A stretch of 34,222 nt of DNA from Dimorphilus gyrociliatus (taxonomy: Eukaryota; Animalia; Annelida): positions 1 through 34,222 of the forward strand of contig CAJFCJ010000120.1 of the NCBI GenBank assembly GCA_904063045.1, written 5' to 3'. A model generated the notes under the pieces. The model did no database searches. It was not told where the DNA came from and saw only the letters and a program-made list of their open reading frames with translations. The position numbers and the translations under genes are program-made. Below are positions 23,133 through 34,040 of the stretch, in pieces (within the stretch, counting starts at the first letter, position 1; every line of letters begins with the position of its first letter).

Positions 23133-24819
23133 ATGAAAATTCTCCTATTTTCGCTCTGTAAATAGTGTTCTATTGTTAAGTCTCTTTCTTTTTTCTGCTT
23201 TGGTACGATCTCTAAAACTGATTAATTTTTTTTGTATAGTTTTTCTTCTACAATTTTTCTCCTTATCTTCATTTAAATGCTTTGTTGATGGCAAATTAAA
23301 ACCAATTGATGGAGCTTATAGAGATTCTCAATTCTGTAATGTTTACTATCAATGTGTGAATGGCACTGCTTATTCTTACAATTGTCCACCTGGCTACTTC
23401 TTTGATCCAGTAATCAACGAAATAGAAGGCGCTGTACAATTTTGCATTCCATCCGAAAATTCGAAATGCACCCAAAATGGATTTTGGTCTCAATGGTCAG
23501 CTTGGAGTGATTGCGAGCAAAAATGCGGAGGTAAAGGAATTCATAGAAGAAGGAGAGAATGTAACAATCCTTCACCTTCCACCCGTGGAAATCAATGTAC
23601 TGGTTTATCAATTGAAACTGAAGATTGTCAAACTCCTAATTGCGCTTCTGCTAAAAGTCCAGCATTCATGGTATCTTTAAAATCGAGTGTTACACTTCAT
23701 CAAGAAAGAGTAAGGTGGAGTTCTATTGATGTAAACCAAGATAATCTGTTCAACCCTGTAACCAATGAATTGAGTATTAAACAATCGGGATTATATTTCT
23801 TTACAATGACCGGAAGTATGGATAAAGATACTGGAACGTTGCTTAGATTTGAAAACATTGGTAGGCAAATAGATTTAAAGAGAGATGAAAACAAGTATGG
23901 CTGGGATCAAATAACCAGAAGTGGTTTATTTATTCTAAATCCTTTGTTCAAACCATTTGTTGAACAAAATCTTCATAATTCCAAATTACTTGGAAGTAGC
24001 CTGGGTAAAGATACTTCTTGGGTAGGATTTAAATACCCAACAAACAATCACATATTTCTCGGTTCAAGTACAAGTTCAGATCACAGTGGCTATTTGTCAC
24101 TGAACGTTTATATGAATATGAGGGGTTTTACGATTAGGGCGTCTAATACTGAATTTATAAATATGGATTCTGGAATTTATTTTATAAACTTTGGTATGGG
24201 AACAGTTTTAAATGCTCAACAAAAAGCTAGCATCAATGAAAATTTAGTTAATAATCCATACGCTAGGATATCAAGGGCTTCTAATCAAATATCTAGTTCC
24301 GACCAATTATCACGTAGCTATATCAGCAGACTAAATGCTCAAACTAAATTACAATATTGGGTTGACGGAACGTATAATTCATCAATTGGCTTACCTACAT
24401 ACTTTTTAGCCTTTAAATTGGACGAAAGCTTACCAATTCTCTTTGTACACCAAAGTTTTAGATTACAAACACCTTGTCCCAATGTTGGATCTTTGGTGAA
24501 TTTTGACGTAGTTGGTCAAGACACGACAAATTCATGGGATATTACAAATAAACAATATAGAGTACCAAAAACTGGCACATATTATATTGATCTTGGTATT
24601 GTTGTTACAATGAGACAAACAGTGGAAGTATATGTAGAAGTTAACAACATTAAAAAGTTCAGATTGATAAAATTCAGAAGAGATCATACACAACCTGAAC
24701 TTTTATCCAAAGGAGGATTGCTACAAATGAACAAGAATGACATTCTAAAAGTAACATATATAGGTTGTATCATAGCTATGGATACAGTTTCATCTATGTC
24801 AATCTTTCTAGTTCCTTAG
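23133..24819 (+). CDS. Secreted chitin-binding type 2 (CBM14) + thrombospondin type 1 + three tandem C1q-like domains, about 534 aa, intact
   Basis: Exon 1 23133-23157, 82-bp phase-1 intron 23158-23239, exon 2 23240-24819, giving the signal peptide MKILLFSLFFLLQFFSLSS. CBM14: CNVYYQCVNG...CPPGYFFD...C. TSP1: WSQWSAWSDC...RRRRECNNP. Three about 130-aa repeats carry F/N...G(L/I/T)Y(F/Y) and terminal S(W/F)xGF-like strands typical of gC1q. Confidence 0.85.
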
Positions 24820-25930
24820 ATTCAAAAAATTACCAATTCAATAAACCTACATTCATTTTGAAAATTGTCTAAGAACTTCACTGTTTTTCATAAACCATAG
24901 TAATCTGTAAACAAAAAAAAAAGGATAAGCCACTCCTATCCTAAATCTAGGTATTAACTGATTTAAATTATTAGATAAAAGTGATGATAAGAGCCTTTAT
25001 ATAGTTTTTAAATTGATAAGAAATTATCATTAGCTAGTAAATTACGAGATAATTTAGTAGCTTCCCACCTGAATGCTAATCGTTTTTATAGTAATGCTCT
25101 ATTTTTCAAATCATAACAAACACCCTTTAAAGTAGTGACACTGTTTCCAGAGTGTTGAACTTTTGTTTGATAAGCGATATGAAATAGATAAGATATTGTT
25201 TTAATTAGATGTTGTAGAGATTTGCGCTAATTAATTTATTGTCAATTACACAATGATTGGCAAGAAATTTAATCTGACAATATCTAAAGAGTAAGGTAGA
25301 GAGGAAGAGGGATAAATTAATTCTCCTTTTCCATTTCATAGATTAATTTATGACAAAGATAACACAGCTGAGTAGTACACTAACACGATTTACCAAACGA
25401 TATGAACAAATTTCTCTACACAGTTTTAAAACTTTGTTCTATTTAAAAATTATGTTCTGTTCAAAATTCAAAAATAACAGCTGTTTTTCTATTGGTTTAA
25501 ATCAATATTCAAGTATAAAAGATAATACAATACTCGGTGAATTGTATCTAAGCAGAAGATATGCCAATTTCAATACATTTTCCCAGATTTGATTGCAGGC
25601 GGAGAAATGAATATTTCCATTCCTTTAATTAATAATAATATTAGATAGTTTAATGAAGAAAAGTGAGATATATATATTAAAAAAGAATTTGCACCCTGTT
25701 AAAGTTCTGCTTGAACAATAACAATAGATTATTGACAAAGAGATAGAGTTGTCTCTAACTATATACTCAAGCTTTTTGTGAACAACACCCAAGTAGTAGA
25801 TTGCTTTTCTTTTCGCTCAATTCACCAGAGTAAACCTTTAACATATAACGCGACAGACAGACGAAACTCAATTTGATAGTTTACATACGAAAGACATTAA
25901 TTGTAAAATGACCTTTATTCAAAATATCCT

Positions 25931-26390
25931 TCTGGTTTTTACACTTGTCAGAACGCTAGGTATTGTATAAATGCAGGCCAGGCTTGCGATGGTATGATAG
26001 ACTGCAATGCTAAAAGTGACGAATAGAGTTGTGCCAGATATTAGAAATATACCTGTTCAAATCGAAAGTAATTGATATTAATCCTCCTAGTCTGCAATTT
26101 GATAAACGATTACGAAGATGGAAGTGACGAAATATTTTGTAAATGTCTATTCAATGAAAAAACTCAGTAAATGTAATAATTAAACTCCAAAAACAAATGA
26201 GCCATCTAAAAAATAACTTGTATTCTCTCTTTAGAACAAAATGCTTGAATGGTTAAATAGCTGAAAATTTTCAAAAATGTAACATACAAACAAGCGAAAC
26301 TTATTGCAGAGGAGATGAAATTTTTGAACTTGAGTAAAGTGTGTGATGGAATTATAGACTGCCAAAGAGGTAATGACGAAATATCGTATA
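25931..26390 (+). pseudogene. Decayed LDL-receptor class A repeat cluster, probably a third GRL101-like remnant
   Basis: Reads SGFYTCQNARYCINAGQACDGMIDCNAKSDE*SC...VCNLINDYEDGSDEIFC, and later SKVCDGIIDCQRGNDE. Several in-frame stops (e.g. TAG 26024-26026). Flanking LRR-like fragments are weak. Confidence 0.75.
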
Positions 26391-27134
26391 AGATTTGATA
26401 CTTTAATGTTTACTCCCTTAAAATCAATACCTTAAGTTTAGCCTCCAGATGGAGATGTTTTGTCCTCTTTCCCCTGTTGAAGAATAAATATTATCTACTT
26501 TTCTTGTAACTATTCAAAGGTTATTCATAACTATAGAATGGAATTTTCACTTCTTTTCCATACCATAAAATATTTTATGTCTATAGTTTGAAATATTTGT
26601 TCAATTAAATTGTAAAAAATCATTTAAAAAAGAGAATTTACTCTTTATGCATGCAGTGTTTAAGGATAAATATACCTTGTCAGTTTTGTAATTTTTTCAA
26701 TAGTTGAATGATTATTATTCTATTGATTAGATATATACTAATATTTACAAATTAACTATAGCCCATTTAAAACTCACCTTGAGCCTTTTCTGAGAATTGA
26801 AAGGAAAAGACTTTTTATCATTTCTGAAATCCATTCAAAGGTATATTTTTTGCAATATAAAAATTTGACTCTTTCTATAGTAGAAAGACAGTTGTTGGAC
26901 TTGGAGGAGACTTACCAAAATATAAAGATTATATAAATTCAAAGACAGAGTACAGAGGAAAAAAATGTTACAATTGCTTTTGATTTACAGTTTGAATAAT
27001 ATCTGTCTAATTTGCTAATAAATAGGGCTAATTATAAAAGTTTTTCATTATACTTGTCAAAAAAGGGAGACATATTTGAACTAATTTCAGATCTACTCTT
27101 TTCAAAGAAGCAAGATATAACATGAAGAAACTTT

Positions 27135-27186
27135 GGATACGACAGAAAACGTCCCCAAACGCATGGTTTAACCCTAACCCTAACCT
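27135..27186 (-). mobile_element. End of the telomere-repeat MITE-like element, copy C
   Basis: GGATACGACAGAAAACGTCC...TTTAACCCTAACCCTAACCT; its reverse complement is 42/52 identical to 12969-13020. Confidence 0.75.
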
Positions 27187-27632
27187 GGCCATTGTCTCTG
27201 CCTAACCTCTTTAATTACCCGTAACCCTTAGATGGAATCCCCCTAACTACATTAATATTCTCTAAGAGAATATATCTTTATATATTTTCATTTTCCAATA
27301 CTGACTTGCTACATATTTGTTGTTCAAAAAGGCTAGATAGGAAGTATGGACTATCCATTCTAATAGGTAGTTTAATACAATACCAGCTATAGTAGTTTAG
27401 CCATTGAAAGTTTTCTCTTTACACAAAAATTCTTTAAAACTTATAAGAGAGGAAGAACAACAATTTACATAGTTCATACTGTTTATTGAGTTATTAATAA
27501 ACAATTTTCACTGAAGAACACATTTGCTTAGTTATGCCATTTTGTCAAAATTTCAAACTCCTTCATATAATTAAGATATGGTTTTTGTTTTTAAAGCAAT
27601 ACTCTTGACAAACTTGTTGACTGTTTAGACTT

Positions 27633-28568
27633 TTAAACTGCTTTTTCCATTTTGAAACTAGTCTGTTATAAAAAGAAGGAAATGGCGGAATTTAAGGAAT
27701 TTACCATAAAAATTTAATTTTTAATTTAATCATAAATTATCAACTTCTTACCTTGTTACCAAATGTTAGGAATTTTATACCATGGATCACGTGGGTTGTG
27801 ACGTATCCTTCACTTTTATACAATTTAATGGCCAATTCATTTGTTTCATGAACAATCAATGATATTTTCTGGTGTAAGAATAGAGGAAGAATTTTTTCAA
27901 TTGTAATATATTTAGTAAGACGACTATTTATACCTTAGCATTCCTCTGCTTTGCCAGACATTCAGCGTATTTTAGAAGATTTCTTCCAATTCCTTTCCTT
28001 TGATAGTTGTCAGAGACAGTAAAACATTCAAAAATTTGCTCATTTTCAACTACTTGCTTATTTAATATATCAAATGACATAAAAGAAAGGATCATTCTGA
28101 GGGCGCCGCCTATTGACAGTGTTTTAAATATCTCTGAAAGTGGTAAATTTTTTTCTAATCTTAAAGAGGGAAGATAAATAAGAGAAAAAATAATTGATTT
28201 CGTCAAAAATATCCCATATCTTACTTGTTTGAATCTCTTATTTTACAAATTCCAGCAATTTCTTTTTTATCTTTACTTACAGCTACAATTATATTTTTCT
28301 GATTCTCTTCATCATGTTGGAAAGATCTTTCAAAAAATTGCTTCAAATTTGGAAATTCTTTCTTTTTAATAGTATATGAAAAATCGTGTGAGAAGCCGTC
28401 AATCAATAATTTTGCAACTGCACTTTCTTCACCCTTCTCCATAGGTCTGATATGTATACTTTTCATTTGAGGAAACTTGATTGATTCATCCCTTCCGTTA
28501 TTATTGGGCCTATTAACAGCTGTTTCAACCCTTTTAACAGTATAAAAAGCTGCAACAATAATATTCAT
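27633..28568 (-). CDS. GNAT-family N-acetyltransferase, 4 exons (28568-28225, 28159-27934, 27868-27752, 27662-27633), about 238 aa, intact
   Basis: GT-AG introns of 65, 65 and 89 bp all join in frame. Acetyl-CoA motif A: V...YQRKGIGRNLL. Motif B: ISLIVHETNELAIKLYKSEGY. C-terminal FKMEK. The start Met is uncertain (MNII or MKSI). Confidence 0.9.
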
Positions 28569-28969
28569 TGTCCAACACCCAGTCTGAAAATTGGTATGCT
28601 ATTAGTATTCTAACCAATTTTTATAGAATAGTAAAAGCAATATTTCACAACGATGCGTAATTTGTGAAATATATCTATGACTCGTGATAAAGACAATCCA
28701 GTTTTAGATAAACTATTGCTATTATATCTCTCTATCTCTTGCCTATTTCAATTAGGCCTATATTTTTTATAGATTATCAGTATCTAAAGGTCATATCTCT
28801 ATGCACTTTTCTATATAAATTTTAAGGAAATTAGTTCAATTATAGAATATAGAGTTTAAAGATATACACTCTACGATTTCGGGTCAACAGAAAAATAGGA
28901 AATGATGTATAGGATATAGGGGGAAAAATAACATTCTTTCGCAATTAATCTACCAAGGTCAAGGTCGAA

Positions 28970-31692
28970 TTATTTACTTAGAAACAACATATTAAACTTT
29001 TTGCCTAGACTGTTGTATATTAAACAAGACGTTCTTTGGAAGAATAGTATATTTTGCCAATATCTTGGAACGTCCATGACCTTTTCATACACGACGTTAT
29101 CATTGGCCAGGTGTCTAATAGCTGCAAAATAACCCCAGGTAGTATGTAAGTTGAACAAAAGTTCTTTATCTATTAAGAGAAATCAAAAATATTCTGACAA
29201 GGGTTAGAGTTTGATGTGAAAACCGAAACGTCTATGATTTCATTAATAAACTTAAAACTGAATGAGTAAATTATAAACAAAGGCATAGGTTAATTTTTAT
29301 CAGAATTTTTCTTATAAAATTTCCAATTTTGAGTAAATCATTCTGTTGATTTTGTTCAGTTGTTTTCTCAAAATATTCATAAATGATAAAGTATTTCATA
29401 TTTTCAAACTTTTGAAAAATTAAACAATTTTTTAAAATATTCTATATAAAAAATATACTTTGATCTATCTTACTTTTAGATATATACAATCATAAAATTC
29501 AGGGCATACTGGAGAAAGCTGACTGCTGTGAGCAATTGAAATTGCTTTACATAAACATTTTGAGCATTTCACATATTCATAATTTTCTAATAGTAGATTT
29601 TCACAATAGCTCAACTTTTGTAATAATTTACTATCTTCTAAATTTACATAATACTTCTTATGACCTTTGTTGAAGAATGATAGAACTGAAAGAGAAGTGA
29701 TTTCTATTTATTGTATTTATCTCTACCTGTTTCTATTTGGTAAAAACCAATTCTTTTTTATCCTTTGATAAAATTATTTTCTAAAGAAATACAAAATTCT
29801 TAAAATTTTTTTAAGTATTTACTAAATTTTTATCATAATAGTACCGCAGTTAATTTCATCATCTCCGTATAGGCAGTGGTTTAGTCCATCGCAAATAAGA
29901 TTAACAGGAATATAATTCAGAAAATGGATATTGAATTCTTGTTATGAAATTATTCATTGAATCGTATTTCAATCTACATAAATTTCTAGGATGATTTTTA
30001 AACCAATCATCATCATTGTAGAAATTATTACAAAAACTTTCGTCCATTTTGTCTTTACAATCTACATTAAAGTCGCACTTTTTTTCATTTGTTAAGCATT
30101 TCTCATCGCATTTCAATTGGGTCTTTTCATTACAGTCTGTCATTTAAGTAATTTATAATAATATTAATAATTAGTTACAAATTGCATGATGTAGGCCTAT
30201 GCAGGAAAAAATATCCACTAGTTACTACTACTAAGGGTTGTTTAGAGAACTTAGAAAATGAACAAGCTATCTAATTTGTAGTTGGGAATATTAACGGAAA
30301 AGAGAAATGAGAAGAAAAAGGATCCTTACTATCCGAGTATAATTCATCAATGGATGTCCAATGAGAGCAAAATTCATCGCTGTAATCTATACAATTTCTT
30401 TCATTGTCGCAAACGTTATCTTTGTTTATACATTGTTTATTATGACATTTTCTATTAATTTCAAAAGTTTAAAATATAAATCAAATGACCGGAAATGAAA
30501 TTAAAATACAGAAATTTAACTAATTAATGAAAAAAAATTACCTAAAATTGGGGTTACACTGTTGAAAGGCTACTCGAAACATTATTTATTCTTAGTTTAA
30601 ATATTAAATAATGAAGATTTATTGACTTACAGCAGTAAATCTCATCAGAATGGTCTTTGCAGTCGGGATGAAAATCGCAGATTAATGAATAGCTAATCTT
30701 TTCGTTCAATGTAAGACATTGAAACGTTTCTCTTATCTTGTAATCATTGTTACAATCAATCTCATCTTCACCAGATTTACAATCAAGAATTCCATCACAA
30801 ATATAAACGGAATTAATACAGTAACCATCTTTTTTACACTCAAAATCCCTTTTTAAGCAATTAACTTTAATCGATGGTAAAGATAGAGAAAGGTGTTTGT
30901 CAATTTCCCGAATTTGACTTTCTAAATATTTCAGTGATTTTATAAAAATGAAAAAAAAATAGATAGAGAAGTAAAAAAAGATTAAAACCTAAAAAGTGCT
31001 GACAAACAAATACACTGCTCTTTCTGGAACATGGAATGATTTCAACATATAAATGGATTTTTCTATTAAGAAGAAATATTAATTAACAATTCTCAGTATT
31101 ACAATGTTAATGCTGTCATATTGCGCAATGCACACAGATTTTCCTGTTCTTTTATCTTTTTAGGTTGTTTAACAGAGAAGATAACATAGCATACATTTTC
31201 AAAATTGATCATATTTCTACCAAAACACTCTAATTTTTCATTCGTTTTATAGCATTTAATTGTTATTTTTCCAAAATTGCTTAAAATATTTCTATGTTAA
31301 AAAAGAAACAGAAAAAGAAAACTAGTAATAAAAAAATTCTCTAGTTTTAAGAACTTTTTACAGATTTGACAATTTTCCACATTTGTTTCATTTTGTGAAC
31401 AATTCAAATGGGATAAAAAGACAAATTCACTATTTCTGATTGATGTATCATATAGGAAACGAAGTTTCGATGAAACGACTATTCTACCAGTTGTGAAACC
31501 AAAATATTTACACAGTAGAACAATATCAATAGAGTGAAAAATTCCAACAAGGTAATGAATTTTATGTAAAGCTACTTGAACATATCCAGTATAAAATGTA
31601 TAATTGTGACCTTGATAGCATCCAAAATATGAATCATCATCTCTGGATGAGCATCCTTTCAATCCTAATGGCAGTGTCTGCAATAGCCTCAT
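28970..31692 (-). pseudogene. GRL101/LGR-like receptor remnant: SRCR-like and C-type-lectin-like fragments, at least five LDLa repeats, decayed LRR/7TM
   Basis: SRCR-like segment (VQV...LLCKYFGF...LNCSQNETNVENC) and PC...FVCQ lectin end. LDLa exons 30921-30631, 30569-30542, 30451-30330 and about 30135-29850 (CDGILDCKSGEDE, CDFHPDCKDHSDE, CDNERNCIDYSDE, CDFNVDCKDKMDE, CDGLNHCLYGDDE). Frameshift/deletion near 29905. TM2-ECL1-like remnant at 28970-29158. Confidence 0.75.
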
Positions 31693-32228
31693 GCAAAAAT
31701 AATATTCGGAAAAAAGAATCTAGACAGCCTGACACCTTTATGGTATAGTCCTATGAAACACCAATTCTCTATACCCATATATTTTTGAATGGGTAATATG
31801 TTTCAAGCTAAAAAATGTGTACTTTATATCAACAGATGATATAAAGGTTTCTGGAAATATTTCTATTTACAGGTAGAATTTCTCTTGGAGCATTTTAAAA
31901 CAATTTCCATACTTGAAGAAAATGTAGTTTTCTCACTGAATACAAGACATTTTCCTTTATTATTCGCTATCTTTTAAAGACAAAATCAATCTATTTACAA
32001 TTGACAACAGATAAAATTAAGGATTCAAGAGAGAGACAGAGAGAGAGATAGAGAAAAAGAGAGATTTTAGTATTAGCTTTTACTTACAATCATTAATTTT
32101 CTTCTCTCTAGTTGTGTTTATTAAATCTTCACTTTAAAAAACTTTTTTTTTACAATTTTTGAATTTTCAAACAATATTAAAAAGCCTTTAAAAATTAAGG
32201 AGATGGAAAGGTCAAGGTATCAAAAGGA

Positions 32229-33520
32229 TTAATACCAACCTAAAATTGAAATAATGAACCAAATAGAAGATGAAGAAAGGCTAAGTAAAATAAAATGTAA
32301 TTTAATAGATTTTTTATATTTCTTTGATATTTTTTCAAATAATTTCAGTGATTTTAATATAATCATCAAAATATGAATTGACAAGCAAGCACCCAAAATA
32401 TTGATAACCGGTATAAAAATACAAAATATAAAGAAAGATAAATACCAACTTCCATTAGAACTTTTCAAAAAAACTTGAAAGCATACCGACGTTAAACTAT
32501 TCTCGTACTGTAGTTCAATAGGCTTATTCTTCATCTTGATTCTTATCTAGGTCATATATTTCACATATTTAGCTCAATTTCCATTAAATTCCTACTGCAT
32601 GACAATAAAAACACAAACGGAAATAGTAGCCTTAAAACATAAAAGGGCTTTTTTATAAGTAATGACATTTTCATAGGATTGTATACTGCTTGGTGTTTTT
32701 CCAGTGTTATCATAAAGGAACACCCAGATGAAAAGATGAGTGAAAATGTCATGAAAAATAGAAGAAATTGACAGAAAATACTTTTTTGCCAAACAATTAG
32801 AAATTTTAAATAATTGGAAGCAGAATAAGCTTCAACGGCAACAAAACATTCGTCATTAAGCCTACAATCCCAATTACCCAGAATGCCATTCTCCTATAAC
32901 TGTTGCTCAATAGACTTTTCCCTACAAAATTCCAGAACAAACAGCAAATCGTCAAGTCCCGATTTCCAATTATTTCTTTGAATGCAACTAAATCTGGAAT
33001 TGCTTCGACCATTGACGATTTCAACTGTCGAAGACTGGAAAACGATCTGTCACCGATATCTGATATTTTGCAGTTCGAAATGACCAAATTCTGCAATCTA
33101 TATAATGACTGCAAATCTGCATTCGATATACTTTCAATTCTCGTATACTTTGTTTCTCTTCTGCATTTAAAGTGCCATTTTGGGTGGAATTTGTCTGTAA
33201 TTCGGCCAAATATTTACACAGCTCATTTTTAAACAGAAGACTAAATATATTCATCTACCGCAATTTACTTCATCGTCTCCGAAATAACATTGATTTAAAC
33301 CATCACACACCAATTCAATGGATATTCAATAATAATCTTGATAACAAAGGTATTGTCCAATTGGACAGGATTGTCTAGGTATAATTTTGGCCATTTTGTG
33401 CAAGTTAGTGTTGGGGTAACCCATTGATGTTTTGAAAAAGAATCCAGTTGTAATAAGTTTTCTAATAGTATGCCTATCTGACATTTGGATTTGTTCTGGT
33501 TTGTAAAGACAATCAATTTT
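32229..33520 (-). pseudogene. Second GRL101/LGR-like receptor remnant: LDLa, LRR, hinge CC, fragmented 7TM
   Basis: LDLa SCPIGQYLCYQDYY*ISIELVCDGLNQCYFGDDEVNC splices in frame to the LRR LQSLYRLQNLVISNCKISDIGDRSFSSLRQL, then DLTICCL and TM1 LLSNSYRRMAFWVIGIVGLMTN. ITLEKHQAVYNP (TM3 end) and SVC...TM5/TM6 lie in other frames. Internal deletions and stops. Confidence 0.75.
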
Positions 33521-34010
33521 TCCATCATTTTTTGTGAAAAATTCAATTTCTATAATTCAAAAGAAATGAATAAAATTGAATATTTGTTGATTTGTTTGTC
33601 AACCTTTAAAATCAAATGGTGAACATTCAATTTTTAATAAATTATTAATTGTTTTTTCATTAAGTTTAAAAATCATTTCAAATTCATTTTTTTTTGGCAT
33701 AAACATCGTTTATCATTGAAATTGCCATAAATTTGATAATTTCGTTGATTTTTCCTTAATAATAATAATGAATATTCTTTTTGGCGTTTTTGGGAGAAAA
33801 TGTCTACAAAAGACAGAATGGAAAACTGCAAAATGGCGCATGTACACATTTAGGCAGTTTGTAGGTACTAAACACATAAGCTCGTAACCAGGCTCACAAA
33901 CTCACACAATACACCCAAATTGTTACATTTCATTCATCAATGGAAAGCAATATTGAAAGAGTATTATAGAGTACTTTACACACCTAAAACTACAACATAC
34001 ACTATTTAAA

Positions 34011-34040
34011 CTAAGTTGTAAAAGTATTTTACAACTTAGA
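34011..34040. other. Perfect 13-bp inverted repeat with a 4-nt loop
   Basis: CTAAGTTGTAAAA-GTAT-TTTTACAACTTAG, directly visible. Confidence 0.85.

Noticed and set aside
23133-23240. Apparent frameshift or TTG start at the 5' end of the C1q gene
   Set aside because: An 82-bp phase-1 intron (23158-23239) joins ATG 23133 to the main ORF and gives a good signal peptide.
9489-26026. Reassignment of TAG to a sense codon (in-frame TAG at 9489, 11709, 26024)
   Set aside because: The intact C1q gene ends naturally at TAG (24817-24819), two of the three sites are in genes with other lesions, and the long intact ORFs contain no internal TAG.
4911-33378. Short track ORFs antisense to or overlapping real genes (e.g. 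4911-5102, 5212-5424, 6014-6262, 8718-8939, 14470-14763, 17330-17710, 18794-19042, 20202-20531, 23296-23894, 32903-33378)
   Set aside because: They are shadow or alternative-frame ORFs of supported genes with no independent motifs.
33879-33897. AGCTCGTAACCAGGCTC, which looks like a small-element terminus
   Set aside because: Single occurrence with no partner inverted repeat in the window.
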